A model generated the notes under the pieces. The model did no database searches and was not told the origin of the DNA. It was given only the letters and a program-made list of their open reading frames with translations. A DNA stretch of 64,000 bases, taken from NCBI GenBank assembly GCA_963768055.1, contig CAVYGN010000001.1:864001-928000 (forward strand), in the 5' to 3' direction. Numbering within the stretch: the stretch's first letter is position 1; the number at the start of each line of letters is the position of its first letter. A program made the translations under genes and the position numbers. This document shows, in pieces, positions 45,201 to 55,259 of this stretch. The stretch comes from an uncultured Spirochaetota bacterium (GTDB lineage Bacteria; Spirochaetota; Brevinematia; Brevinematales; JAOACQ01).

Positions 45201-45509
45201 CTAAGGTTCTTTAGGAGTATCGGGCCCCTTTTTAACGTTCTCGTCTATTTCCTTCATTTCAATAACGGATGCCTTTATCCTCCTGCTCCCATGTTCGTCG
45301 TACTTGGAATTGATCTTACCTTTTTCAGGGGAACCGCTCCTGATATTATGATAGATCATAGTGACGCCCGAAATTACGGCGGCAATTATTACGAGGGCCA
45401 GGAGTATGGGGAAAAGCCCTGCGATAAGGGACAAAAACGCAAGCCCGATCAATATATAAATGATAGTCGTAAATAATGTTTCCAGGGGATTATCCTGATG
45501 CATCGCCAC
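45201..45509 (-). CDS. Small hypothetical membrane protein
   Basis: 102 aa with a long hydrophobic hairpin. Confidence 0.55.
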   Translation of the reverse strand: MAMHQDNPLETLFTTIIYILIGLAFLSLIAGLFPILLALVIIAAVISGVTMIYHNIRSGSPEKGKINSKYDEHGSRRIKASVIEMKEIDENVKKGPDTPKEP

Positions 45510-45522
45510 CTCTTTTAACTAA

Positions 45523-46242
45523 TTATAATTTCATGGGATCATTATTGCCAGTTTTTTGTCCCGGCAGGGATTCCCAGTTTCCGGCGAGGGTTTCATATTC
45601 CAGGCAATTTTTCAGGTGCCGCAGATAATCTTTTCTCGGTATAAGGCGCGCCCCAAGCATCGCCAGGTGCGGAGTATACACCTGGGAATCTATCATTTTG
45701 AAGCCCATCTCTCTTAAAAGCAGCGCCAGATATATCAAAGCGGCTTTCGATGCATTGCTCTCCCGCGTAAACATGGATTCCCCGAAAAAACATCTTCCCA
45801 GAGACACGCCGTACAGGCCGCCTGAAAGCCTGTCCCCGGACCAGGCCTCTACAGAGTGGGCATAACCCAATCTGTTCATTTCAAGATAAGCCTCAATCAT
45901 TTCCGGGACAAGCCAGGTGGAGCTCTCATTTTTTCTGGGCAGGCTGCATGAGGTTATTACCTCTTCAAAGGATGTATCGAAAGTGAAATGATAAATTTTT
46001 TTGTTATAAACGCGGTGCATGCTTCGCGGAATGACAAGCTCTTCTGTAAATAGAACGAAACGGGGGTCGGGAGACCACCATAGGATAGGGCTTTCCGGCA
46101 TGTACCAGGGAAAAATCCCGGATCTATAAGCTAACAAAAGCCTTTCTGGCGAAAGGTCCCCTCCTATTGCAAGGATACCCTCTCGTGTAGTCATTTCCAC
46201 AGGGGGAAATATCAGGTCATCTGTCAATTCAAATACAGGCAA
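45523..46242 (-). CDS. aat: Leucyl/phenylalanyl-tRNA--protein transferase
   Basis: GGDLSPERLLLAYRSGIFPW, WWSPDPR, AHSVEAW, FFGESMF. Confidence 0.97.
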   Translation of the reverse strand: MPVFELTDDLIFPPVEMTTREGILAIGGDLSPERLLLAYRSGIFPWYMPESPILWWSPDPRFVLFTEELVIPRSMHRVYNKKIYHFTFDTSFEEVITSCSLPRKNESSTWLVPEMIEAYLEMNRLGYAHSVEAWSGDRLSGGLYGVSLGRCFFGESMFTRESNASKAALIYLALLLREMGFKMIDSQVYTPHLAMLGARLIPRKDYLRHLKNCLEYETLAGNWESLPGQKTGNNDPMKL

Positions 46243-46262
46243 GTGAGCCGATCTCCTTCTAA

Positions 46263-46399
46263 AGGGCAGTTTTAATAAATCAGGAATATTACCCTTTAAT
46301 TACAATTTAATATTTAACTCCATTTTTTTGCCCTATGGGCCCTGGTGCCTGGCCCCAGGACAGGTGCGCTTCCTATCCGAAGGTAATTAGAAGCGCCCT
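46263..46399 (+). mobile_element. MITE-like family I, copy E
   Basis: Ends agggcagttt / tagaagcgccct, flanked aa/aa; shares gccctggtgcctggcc.cagga.agg with copy C and its AT-rich part with copy A. Confidence 0.8.
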
Positions 46400-46455
46400 A
46401 AATTGATTATTCGAGGCCTTTATTATATCATTAATTTCATGAAAAGGAGAAATCA

Positions 46456-47133
46456 ATGGGTTACAGGGAAGATTTTATTTTATTTATGGTACGTTCAGGC
46501 GTTTTGACTTTCGGAGATTTTATTACAAAGAGCGGCAGAAAAACCCCTTTTTTTATCAATACAGGTAATTATAAATCAGGATCGGATATAGCAAAACTTG
46601 GAGAATTTTACGCCGATACTATCAATGAAAAGATCGGGGATGATTTTGATATTCTTTACGGACCTGCATACAAGGGGATCCCTCTCTCGGTATCGGCTTC
46701 GATCGCTTTATATCAAAAATACGGTTTTAATAAATGCTTTTCTTTTAACCGGAAAGAGCAGAAAGACCATGGCGAAGGCGGCCTGATCATCGGAAGCAAA
46801 CCCGCAGACGGGGACAGGATCGTTATCATTGAGGATGTCGTGACTGCAGGAACATCGGTTCGCGAAAGCATTAACCTTTTAAAGTCGATTTCTGACATCG
46901 AAATCAAGGCGGTAGTTGTATCTGTCGACCGTATGGAAAAGGGTCTTTATGACAAATCGGCGCTCCAGGAGGTCAGGGAGGAATTTCATACGGGCGTTTA
47001 TTCCATAGTTAATTTAAGGGAAATTGTCGATTATCTTTATGAACGCACCATTGACGGAAAGATAGTGCTTAACGCGGAAATAATGGAGAAAATTAATTCC
47101 TATACCCGGGAATACGGAATCACTCGCATCTGA
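46456..47133 (+). CDS. pyrE: Orotate phosphoribosyltransferase
   Basis: FGDFITKSGR, GPAYKGIP, RKEQKDHGEGG, IIEDVVTAGTS. Confidence 0.97.
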   Translation: MGYREDFILFMVRSGVLTFGDFITKSGRKTPFFINTGNYKSGSDIAKLGEFYADTINEKIGDDFDILYGPAYKGIPLSVSASIALYQKYGFNKCFSFNRKEQKDHGEGGLIIGSKPADGDRIVIIEDVVTAGTSVRESINLLKSISDIEIKAVVVSVDRMEKGLYDKSALQEVREEFHTGVYSIVNLREIVDYLYERTIDGKIVLNAEIMEKINSYTREYGITRI

Positions 47134-48313
47134 TGACATGCAACCTGTTTTTGCCCTGTGATTTCGCATAGTAAAGGGCTTTATCGGCAAGGGAAAGTAT
47201 CTGTCTGCTGTTCCTGCAGGCCGCTTTAATATCGAGGACCGCTATACCGCAGTTCCCCCTGATAAGAGCTTCCGGAGCCGTGGCGAGTTTTATAGCCTGT
47301 ATCCTCTGCAGAAGACGGCTTGCCGTGCTTATGGCCTGTTCTTCGGAGCAATGGGGCAGGATCACCGCAAACTCGTCTCCGCCGTAACGGCCGGCGATAT
47401 CAAACTTCCTGATTTCGCCAATGTTATCTTTATCATCATATGATTGGCCGGGGATGTAAGGGGAACCTTTTAATAATTCCGCCGTTTTTTGCAAAGCCTC
47501 GTCGCCTGTTTCATGACCGTACATATCGTTCAGTTCTTTGAAATTATCAATATCGATGATAAGGATGCTTAGCGGAAACGAATGCCTGCGGGAGGCTTCG
47601 AAAATCTCCTGAAGACGCTGTTGAAGGGAGAACAAAGTGTATAATTTTGTCAGGCCGTCTCTCTCAGGGAGTTCGGGAACAGGGGGTTTATGCTTTTCCA
47701 GAGAGATCTTTTTGAATTCAGAAAGCATTGATATCAATTGTTTCGACCTTTGCTCCATCTCGTTTTCCATATTTTTTATCAGGTTCCTTGCCCTTTCATT
47801 CATATTCCATTTCAGGATAAGTATTGCGGTTAACTGCCTTATTTCAATATGGTTAAATGGTTTTTTCACAAAACGGAGATGTTCGGCAGGCCCGATTCTA
47901 TTTAACATTTCCTCCCAGGAACGATCGGACAGGGCGGTGCATATTATTATTTCTATGAATGGATTTATTCTCCAGATCCTTTCAATGGCCTCTATCCCGT
48001 TTATTCCAGGAGGCATTCTGAGATCCATGAATATCAAGGCATATTGACGGTTTTTGGAAGCGGCTTTCTGGACCATTACCACTGCCTCCTCTCCCTGGTA
48101 AGCATCGTCAATTTTATATTCGATTATGATCTTATCCGAGGGGTCGCATTGTTTAAAATTCATGCCGAAAAGCGTGCTTTCGTATGACGACAGTTCCGCG
48201 TCAATAGAAGCGGGTTCCCCCGTGATAATACTTTTTATTTCTTCATGAATGAGTTCGTTGTCATCAACGATAAGGATGCGGTTGTTATTTATCCCGTCCG
48301 GTGTAAAATCCAT
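47120..48313 (-). CDS. Response-regulator diguanylate cyclase (REC-GGDEF)
   Basis: ILIVDD, FMDLRMP, DGLTKL, DIDNFK..ND..GH, RKFD I-site, RYGGDEF. Confidence 0.92.
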   Translation of the reverse strand: MDFTPDGINNNRILIVDDNELIHEEIKSIITGEPASIDAELSSYESTLFGMNFKQCDPSDKIIIEYKIDDAYQGEEAVVMVQKAASKNRQYALIFMDLRMPPGINGIEAIERIWRINPFIEIIICTALSDRSWEEMLNRIGPAEHLRFVKKPFNHIEIRQLTAILILKWNMNERARNLIKNMENEMEQRSKQLISMLSEFKKISLEKHKPPVPELPERDGLTKLYTLFSLQQRLQEIFEASRRHSFPLSILIIDIDNFKELNDMYGHETGDEALQKTAELLKGSPYIPGQSYDDKDNIGEIRKFDIAGRYGGDEFAVILPHCSEEQAISTASRLLQRIQAIKLATAPEALIRGNCGIAVLDIKAACRNSRQILSLADKALYYAKSQGKNRLHVIRCE

Positions 48314-48320
48314 AGATACC

Positions 48321-50588
48321 TCAATTCAGATGCTGTTGGCTGCCTATCAACACGCTTTCCTTTAATAAATCCATGGCGCTGAGGTTCTCTCCGAGAACCT
48401 CCTGTATCCTGTCGATGGCTTCCCGGATGTTATTCTCGCTTTCCATCTGGGCTTTCAGGAGATCCTCGGTTTCCAGAAAAGATTCCTTGAGCCCTGACAA
48501 TATCTTTTTAAGCGATTCGTTCTCCTTTCGCTCATCGTCGGACATACTCTTTATCGAAAGGGTTTCCTGGAGAAGCGCGCCCGATCCCTTGAGTATATCC
48601 CCGAATTCCGCTTTATGCTCGTTCATCTGTTCGGTTATCTTTTTTATCATATCGGCGGAATTCTGGGATTTATCCATGATCGCGAGCAGCGAGCTTGTCA
48701 CCTCCTCCGAGAGAGAGATGCTTTCATTTACAAAGGCTATCATCTGCTTTAAACGGTCCTGGCTCATTTCAAGCCTTTCCCTGGATTTGTTGGAGAGCTC
48801 CCTGATCTCGTTTGCTAAAATGCTGAAACCCTTCCCGGATTCTCCGGCATGGGCCGATTCTATAGAGGCGTTGATCGATAGAAAATTGCTTTCTTCAACG
48901 ATTTCACGAATATTAAACAATATCTCGCTTATAAACTGAGAGTTAAGGGAGACCTCTTTAATGGATTCCTTCGATTTCAAGACAATATCCCTGCCGCTTG
49001 AGGCGATTTGAGAGAGTTCCTGAGCTATAGTGTTAGTCTGTTCTGTGGTTTGAAGTATTTTTGAAATATGATCGTTCATGCTTGATACGGTCCGGTTGGT
49101 TTCTTCGACAACGGCCGTCTGGTTTGAGATTGCCTGGGGGATTTTTTCGACCGTGAGCTCCATCCTTGAGGTTATCTGGGAAATGACATTATCTATGCCT
49201 TTTAATTCCTTTATGAGCCTGTCGGATATCAACTTGTTGTCTTTGCTTGAATTCCTGATGACGGTAGCTGCTTTGCCGATGTTGTCCTCCAGACTTTTGC
49301 TTGAATGGACGAGGTTTTGAGAGACAAGCTCTATCTTCTGGATTATTTTGTTCATTGCGGTATTTTTATTGTCTATTTCCCTCAGCCTTTTCTTCAATCC
49401 TGTGTAGATAGTTGATTCCTCGATCGCAAGGACCAGAAATAAGGAGATAGTCATTATCAGGAAACTATATGGGATAAGCCTGAAAAAGGATTTGATGCCT
49501 TCCCTGGCATACATTATATCGTGGATACTGCCGGTAAATATAAAAATATAACCCGGAATAATTATCAGGAGGCTTTTTTTATGTGTTTTGTAAAATGCAA
49601 TAATAGGCAGGACAAAACCGAAGACCAGTATCGGGGTTATGCCGAATGTCGTGCCTATTGAATCGAAAAAAATGTCTAAGGAATAAGTGGTTTTCAGGGT
49701 AAGGATATAAATAGATGTTAAAAGCGGGGGGAGGGTCATAAGTATCAATACCCAGAATTTTTTTGCTATTCCTGTAAATTCGCGCAAGAACAGCGTCATA
49801 AATAGTGCTGCAAAAGGGAAAGAAAAACGGGATATCTTTTCCATAAAAAACTCGTCAGATAAGTTGCTGTGGAACATTATATTAAAATAACTGAAACTGA
49901 AAGAGAAGCAGAACATGGCAAAATATAAATAGTGAATATCTGTAAAGTCCCTTGCGGCAAATAAAAAAATAAAATAAAGGCCTATGACTATGGCGATCAC
50001 GAAAAAGGACTGGATCAGCTGTACGTTGAAAAAATTACTGAAAAATACCATGCGGGAAACAGCCAGGTCGGATGATATCAGGATGGGGTTGAGAGGAGCT
50101 GTTTCCGTCATCGGATATGCCTGGATAACTAACTCATTCGGGGTCTCACCAAAATTAATGGAATCGGGAAAAAGCTGTATAGAAACTGTATTGTAAGAGG
50201 CGAACCGGAAAATCCTGCCGTCGTTTCCTCTGCTTAACACCCTGTTGCCGTTGATATAAACGTTATATGGATAGCTGCAAGGCCCAAGATAAAGAGACAG
50301 AAGAACATTGGAAAGTGCGGGATCGATGGTAAAATCCTCCCTGAATGTATACATCCGTCTCACATTCTTGATAGTGACAGGGAGCGGGCCGGAATTATAT
50401 TGTATAAAATCAGGGTCTGTTATTTTTGCATTAATATGATCGCCCGGGTTGAATGCGCTTTCAAGGAGGTACATGTTTGTCATATAGAGAATATCGTTCC
50501 TTGTTTTAATTGAATAATCAGCGAATCCGCCCATATGAAAATTAAATAAATAAAAAAAGACAACTAATGAAAGTGAAATCTTAATCAT
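48321..50588 (-). CDS. 7TM (DISM-like) sensor methyl-accepting chemotaxis protein, paralogue 1
   Basis: Signal/TM, extracellular beta domain (VYING), about 7 TMs, MCP tip NFLSINASIESAHAGESGKGFSILANEIRELS. Confidence 0.82.
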   Translation of the reverse strand: MIKISLSLVVFFYLFNFHMGGFADYSIKTRNDILYMTNMYLLESAFNPGDHINAKITDPDFIQYNSGPLPVTIKNVRRMYTFREDFTIDPALSNVLLSLYLGPCSYPYNVYINGNRVLSRGNDGRIFRFASYNTVSIQLFPDSINFGETPNELVIQAYPMTETAPLNPILISSDLAVSRMVFFSNFFNVQLIQSFFVIAIVIGLYFIFLFAARDFTDIHYLYFAMFCFSFSFSYFNIMFHSNLSDEFFMEKISRFSFPFAALFMTLFLREFTGIAKKFWVLILMTLPPLLTSIYILTLKTTYSLDIFFDSIGTTFGITPILVFGFVLPIIAFYKTHKKSLLIIIPGYIFIFTGSIHDIMYAREGIKSFFRLIPYSFLIMTISLFLVLAIEESTIYTGLKKRLREIDNKNTAMNKIIQKIELVSQNLVHSSKSLEDNIGKAATVIRNSSKDNKLISDRLIKELKGIDNVISQITSRMELTVEKIPQAISNQTAVVEETNRTVSSMNDHISKILQTTEQTNTIAQELSQIASSGRDIVLKSKESIKEVSLNSQFISEILFNIREIVEESNFLSINASIESAHAGESGKGFSILANEIRELSNKSRERLEMSQDRLKQMIAFVNESISLSEEVTSSLLAIMDKSQNSADMIKKITEQMNEHKAEFGDILKGSGALLQETLSIKSMSDDERKENESLKKILSGLKESFLETEDLLKAQMESENNIREAIDRIQEVLGENLSAMDLLKESVLIGSQQHLN
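48351..49430. repeat. 1080-bp direct repeat, copy 1 (MCP signalling region)
   Basis: Appears identical to 50648-51727 (offset 2297); sense protein and two antisense ORF translations are identical. Confidence 0.92.
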
Positions 50589-50620
50589 TCAGATCCTCCG
50601 CTGCAGCCGCACCTGTTGTC

Positions 50621-52936
50621 CTATAAGGTACTTTGATTTGCTATAAGCACGCTTTCCTTTAATAAATCCATGGCGCTGAGGTTCTCTCCGAGAACCTCCT
50701 GTATCCTGTCGATGGCTTCCCGGATGTTATTCTCGCTTTCCATCTGGGCTTTCAGGAGATCCTCGGTTTCCAGAAAAGATTCCTTGAGCCCTGACAATAT
50801 CTTTTTAAGCGATTCGTTCTCCTTTCGCTCATCGTCGGACATACTCTTTATCGAAAGGGTTTCCTGGAGAAGCGCGCCCGATCCCTTGAGTATATCCCCG
50901 AATTCCGCTTTATGCTCGTTCATCTGTTCGGTTATCTTTTTTATCATATCGGCGGAATTCTGGGATTTATCCATGATCGCGAGCAGCGAGCTTGTCACCT
51001 CCTCCGAGAGAGAGATGCTTTCATTTACAAAGGCTATCATCTGCTTTAAACGGTCCTGGCTCATTTCAAGCCTTTCCCTGGATTTGTTGGAGAGCTCCCT
51101 GATCTCGTTTGCTAAAATGCTGAAACCCTTCCCGGATTCTCCGGCATGGGCCGATTCTATAGAGGCGTTGATCGATAGAAAATTGCTTTCTTCAACGATT
51201 TCACGAATATTAAACAATATCTCGCTTATAAACTGAGAGTTAAGGGAGACCTCTTTAATGGATTCCTTCGATTTCAAGACAATATCCCTGCCGCTTGAGG
51301 CGATTTGAGAGAGTTCCTGAGCTATAGTGTTAGTCTGTTCTGTGGTTTGAAGTATTTTTGAAATATGATCGTTCATGCTTGATACGGTCCGGTTGGTTTC
51401 TTCGACAACGGCCGTCTGGTTTGAGATTGCCTGGGGGATTTTTTCGACCGTGAGCTCCATCCTTGAGGTTATCTGGGAAATGACATTATCTATGCCTTTT
51501 AATTCCTTTATGAGCCTGTCGGATATCAACTTGTTGTCTTTGCTTGAATTCCTGATGACGGTAGCTGCTTTGCCGATGTTGTCCTCCAGACTTTTGCTTG
51601 AATGGACGAGGTTTTGAGAGACAAGCTCTATCTTCTGGATTATTTTGTTCATTGCGGTATTTTTATTGTCTATTTCCCTCAGCCTTTTCTTCAATCCTGT
51701 GTAGATAGTTGATTCCTCGATCGCAAGTATTACAAAAATACTTATGACAAGAATAAGATACCCATAAGGGACAAACCAGCAAAAAGGGTTTTTATGGATT
51801 ATAATGTAAGAGATATCATGCGCGCTTGCAGCGATAACAATAATGTAAGAAAACATTATTATCATATAGATATGTTTATGCGTTCTGATATACGAAATAA
51901 TAAGAATGGCGAAACTTAGAAAAAGGTAAGGAGCTATGATATATATCATCGCTATATTATTAAAAAAATCATCTACCCCGAATATGGTTTTCTGTAATAA
52001 TATATAAATGGATGCGAATACCGGGGGTATCGTTAACAAAATCAATACCCACAGTTTTTTCCATATCAGGGTAAATTCACGGACAAATAGCGTAAGAAAT
52101 AACAACGCCATCGGGAAAGAGAACCGGGAGACCTTTTCAAGTCTGAACTCGTCTGTAATATTAAAACTGAATGAGATATTATAATAGCTGAAGCTGAAAA
52201 AAAAACATAACAAAGCGAAATACAAGTAATGCAGATCTTTGTAACCTCTTGCAGTAAAATGAAATAGAAAGTAGAGGCCGATAAGTAATCCGATCACAAA
52301 CGAGGCCTGTACAAGATGAACGGTGAAAAGGTTTCTAAAAAAAGCCATTTGCGTCACGTTGAGATCCGAAGAAATCAGCGGCACTTCAAGGGGCGCCGTT
52401 ACTTTAATGGGGTAAGCCTGGATTGCCAGCTCGTTAGGGGCCGGTCCGTATTTGAGAAGGCCTCCGGAAAGCTGGACAACTAAGGTATCGTAAGAGGAGG
52501 CCTGATATTTCTTTTCATAGCTTCCCCTGCTTAAAACAAAAGTTCCGTTTATATATACCTTGTATGGATAGCTGGAAGGCCCAAGATAAAGCGATAGAAG
52601 TATATTGGAGAGGGCCGGATCAATTGTAAAATCCTCCCTGAATGTATACATCGGTCTCACATTCTTGATAGTGACAGGGAGCGGGCCGGAATTATAAGGA
52701 ATAAGATCCGGGTCGGTAATATTGTCATTAATATAATCGCCCGGGCTGTAAACGCTTTCAAGGAGGAACATGTTTGTCAGAAGCATGATATCGTTCCTTG
52801 TTTTGATGGAATAATCCGCAAATCCAGCCGAATAAAAGATAGATAACACGAAAAAGGAAACGGTTGAAACTAAAATTAAAATGCCTTTTCTTTTCATTCT
52901 TATCCCCGCGGCTATTTCCCGTAAAGCCGCCCGCAC
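50621..52936 (-). CDS. 7TM (DISM-like) sensor methyl-accepting chemotaxis protein, paralogue 2
   Basis: Same architecture as paralogue 1 with an identical cytoplasmic part; true start may be MKRKG, slightly downstream. Confidence 0.82.
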   Translation of the reverse strand: MRAALREIAAGIRMKRKGILILVSTVSFFVLSIFYSAGFADYSIKTRNDIMLLTNMFLLESVYSPGDYINDNITDPDLIPYNSGPLPVTIKNVRPMYTFREDFTIDPALSNILLSLYLGPSSYPYKVYINGTFVLSRGSYEKKYQASSYDTLVVQLSGGLLKYGPAPNELAIQAYPIKVTAPLEVPLISSDLNVTQMAFFRNLFTVHLVQASFVIGLLIGLYFLFHFTARGYKDLHYLYFALLCFFFSFSYYNISFSFNITDEFRLEKVSRFSFPMALLFLTLFVREFTLIWKKLWVLILLTIPPVFASIYILLQKTIFGVDDFFNNIAMIYIIAPYLFLSFAILIISYIRTHKHIYMIIMFSYIIVIAASAHDISYIIIHKNPFCWFVPYGYLILVISIFVILAIEESTIYTGLKKRLREIDNKNTAMNKIIQKIELVSQNLVHSSKSLEDNIGKAATVIRNSSKDNKLISDRLIKELKGIDNVISQITSRMELTVEKIPQAISNQTAVVEETNRTVSSMNDHISKILQTTEQTNTIAQELSQIASSGRDIVLKSKESIKEVSLNSQFISEILFNIREIVEESNFLSINASIESAHAGESGKGFSILANEIRELSNKSRERLEMSQDRLKQMIAFVNESISLSEEVTSSLLAIMDKSQNSADMIKKITEQMNEHKAEFGDILKGSGALLQETLSIKSMSDDERKENESLKKILSGLKESFLETEDLLKAQMESENNIREAIDRIQEVLGENLSAMDLLKESVLIANQSTL
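50648..51727. repeat. 1080-bp direct repeat, copy 2
   Basis: Matches 48351-49430 with sharp boundaries (cacgctttcc ... cgatcgcaag). Confidence 0.92.
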
Positions 52937-52940
52937 CGGT

Positions 52941-55220
52941 CTATAGCACGTTATCCGATCCGGCGATTATGAAAGTTTCTTTTAATATCTCTATTGTTTT
53001 CAGGTTTTCCGAAAGAACTTCCTGTATATGATCTATGGCCTTGTAGATATTATTCTCGGTTTGTTCATGACTTGAGATGAGCCTTGACATATCCTCAAAA
53101 GATTTTTTGAGCGTGATCAGCGTCAGGTGCAGCTTTTCACTTTCCTGATAATCTCCCTCAGTCATATCCCTGATTGACAGTGTATCTTTTAGAAGAGTGC
53201 CGGTCCCCTCATCTATGGCGTTGGATTCTAATTTATGTTCGTACATGAGTTTTGAAATTTTTCCGATCATATCGGCCGAATTACCCGATTTTTCAATAAT
53301 TGTCAAAAGCTGGCTTGCAACCTCCTCCGTTAGTTTGATGCTTTCATTAATATTAAAGTTCATCTGCTTAAGGCGTTCCTGGCTCATTGCGAGCCTTTCT
53401 TTAGATTTGTTAGCCAGGTTCCTGATCTCACTGGCAAGAATACTGAAACCTTGCCCGGCCTCTCCCGCATATGACGATTCTATCGAGGCGTTGACGGATA
53501 AAAAATTACTTTCTTCGACGATCTCCTGGATAGTTTGCAGGACTTCGCTTATATAATTCGTGTTTTCTGAAACTTTTTCAACGGAGTCCCTGCTCTGCAT
53601 AACGATTTGTTTGCTGTTCAAGGCGATGTTCGATAATTCCCTCGAAATATTATCAGTTTGAATAATTGATCTGAGAATTTTTTCTATATGAGTATTCATT
53701 CCGCTGACAGTCCGGTTAGTCTCTTCGACAGCCGCTGTCTGGCTTGAAACAGCTTTAGGAATTTTATCCGCAGAGGTTTCCATCCTGTAAGCTATCTGCG
53801 AGGTTACTTTTTCGATTTCGGAAAGCTGCGTTTTAAGCCTTCCGGATATTACTTTGTTATTTTTGCTTGTTTCGGCGATAATGAAAGCGGTTTTCTCGGT
53901 ATTATCCTTAAGGGCTGAGCTTGATTTAATGAGATTCCGGGAAACGGTATCGAGTTTTTGTAAAACCATTTTCATGGACTCGTTTTTCTTATCAAGTTCC
54001 TTTGTCCTTTTAATCGCTTCGATATAAATATTGGATTCCTCCATTGCCAGAACAATAAATATACTTATGAGCAGGGCCAGGAAACCATAAGGAAAGAGCC
54101 AGCAATAGGGGGAAAGATAATTAACCATATAATATATATCATGCGAGATTGTAAAAATATTTATCAGGAAAGCGAAAAGTATGATCAGGTAATTATTTTT
54201 CCTGGTTTTTATATAAGATATGGTAAGCATAATAAAACTGAAAATAAGGAGGGGCGCTATTATAAAAATAAGGGCATAATTGTTGAAAAAGGCATCGATT
54301 CCATATTTAGAATTCAGGCTTAGAACATATAAGGAGCAGGAAAGGGTAGGAATTGTAACAACCAGAAGAACCCAAAATCTTTTCAGGATTTTTGTCAATT
54401 CACGTATAAAGAGAGTAAAGAACAGCGCCATTAAGGGACAGGAAGCATCCGAAACTCTTTCCAGGAACACTTCATCAACGGAATTAAAGGTAAAAGAATT
54501 GTTAACATAGCTGAAGCTGAAAAAAATGCACATGGCGGCAAAATATAGGTAATGCCTCTCTGTAAAACGGTGGGCGCAGAAAAGAAGTATAAAATAAAGG
54601 CCTATCAATATTCCTATTACGAAGGAGGCTATACTTAAATAAACATTGAAAAGGTTCCTCATAAAGGCCCAGAAGGACGTATTTTCTTCCGAAGATAAAA
54701 CCGGCGGATAAAAAGGGGAAAAGTCTTGAATCGGATAAGCCTGGATGGCAATTTCATTCAGGTTTGTCCCGTACCTGATCAGCCCGCCCCGAAGCTGGAC
54801 CGAAAGTGTTTCGTAGGAAGAAGACTGGTAATAATCGCCGTAGCTTCCCCTGCTTATAACCATAACTCCATTTATATAAACAACATAAGGATAACTGCAA
54901 GGACCCAGGTAAAGGGATAATAATGTTTTCGAAAGCGATGGATCAACCCTGAAACTTCCCCTGAAAGTATACATCTTTTTTTCATTCTTAATGGTGTCGG
55001 GAAGAGGTTCTGAAGAATATCGGACAAAACCGAGAGCGGATAAATCGCCTTTAATAAATTCGCCCGGGTTGATAGGGCTCTCCAGAATCGAAAGCTCGGA
55101 GATAACGGCTTTATCTTTTTCATTATTTAAAGCAATATCTGCATGACAGAGGGGATAAGAGACGATCATTAAAATAAAAAAATTTAAAATAAATATTATT
55201 GTTTTTTTATTAAAATGCAT
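52941..55220 (-). CDS. 7TM (DISM-like) sensor methyl-accepting chemotaxis protein, paralogue 3
   Basis: Same architecture; tip NFLSVNASIESSYAGEAGQGFSILASEIRNLA. Confidence 0.82.
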   Translation of the reverse strand: MHFNKKTIIFILNFFILMIVSYPLCHADIALNNEKDKAVISELSILESPINPGEFIKGDLSALGFVRYSSEPLPDTIKNEKKMYTFRGSFRVDPSLSKTLLSLYLGPCSYPYVVYINGVMVISRGSYGDYYQSSSYETLSVQLRGGLIRYGTNLNEIAIQAYPIQDFSPFYPPVLSSEENTSFWAFMRNLFNVYLSIASFVIGILIGLYFILLFCAHRFTERHYLYFAAMCIFFSFSYVNNSFTFNSVDEVFLERVSDASCPLMALFFTLFIRELTKILKRFWVLLVVTIPTLSCSLYVLSLNSKYGIDAFFNNYALIFIIAPLLIFSFIMLTISYIKTRKNNYLIILFAFLINIFTISHDIYYMVNYLSPYCWLFPYGFLALLISIFIVLAMEESNIYIEAIKRTKELDKKNESMKMVLQKLDTVSRNLIKSSSALKDNTEKTAFIIAETSKNNKVISGRLKTQLSEIEKVTSQIAYRMETSADKIPKAVSSQTAAVEETNRTVSGMNTHIEKILRSIIQTDNISRELSNIALNSKQIVMQSRDSVEKVSENTNYISEVLQTIQEIVEESNFLSVNASIESSYAGEAGQGFSILASEIRNLANKSKERLAMSQERLKQMNFNINESIKLTEEVASQLLTIIEKSGNSADMIGKISKLMYEHKLESNAIDEGTGTLLKDTLSIRDMTEGDYQESEKLHLTLITLKKSFEDMSRLISSHEQTENNIYKAIDHIQEVLSENLKTIEILKETFIIAGSDNVL

Positions 55221-55259
55221 ATAATCTCCGGCCCCGAATCATCATCTAAGGTCTTTATT

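Noticed and set aside
47120..47133. Convergent overlap of pyrE and the diguanylate cyclase
   Set aside because: A 14-bp tail-to-tail overlap is common in compact genomes.
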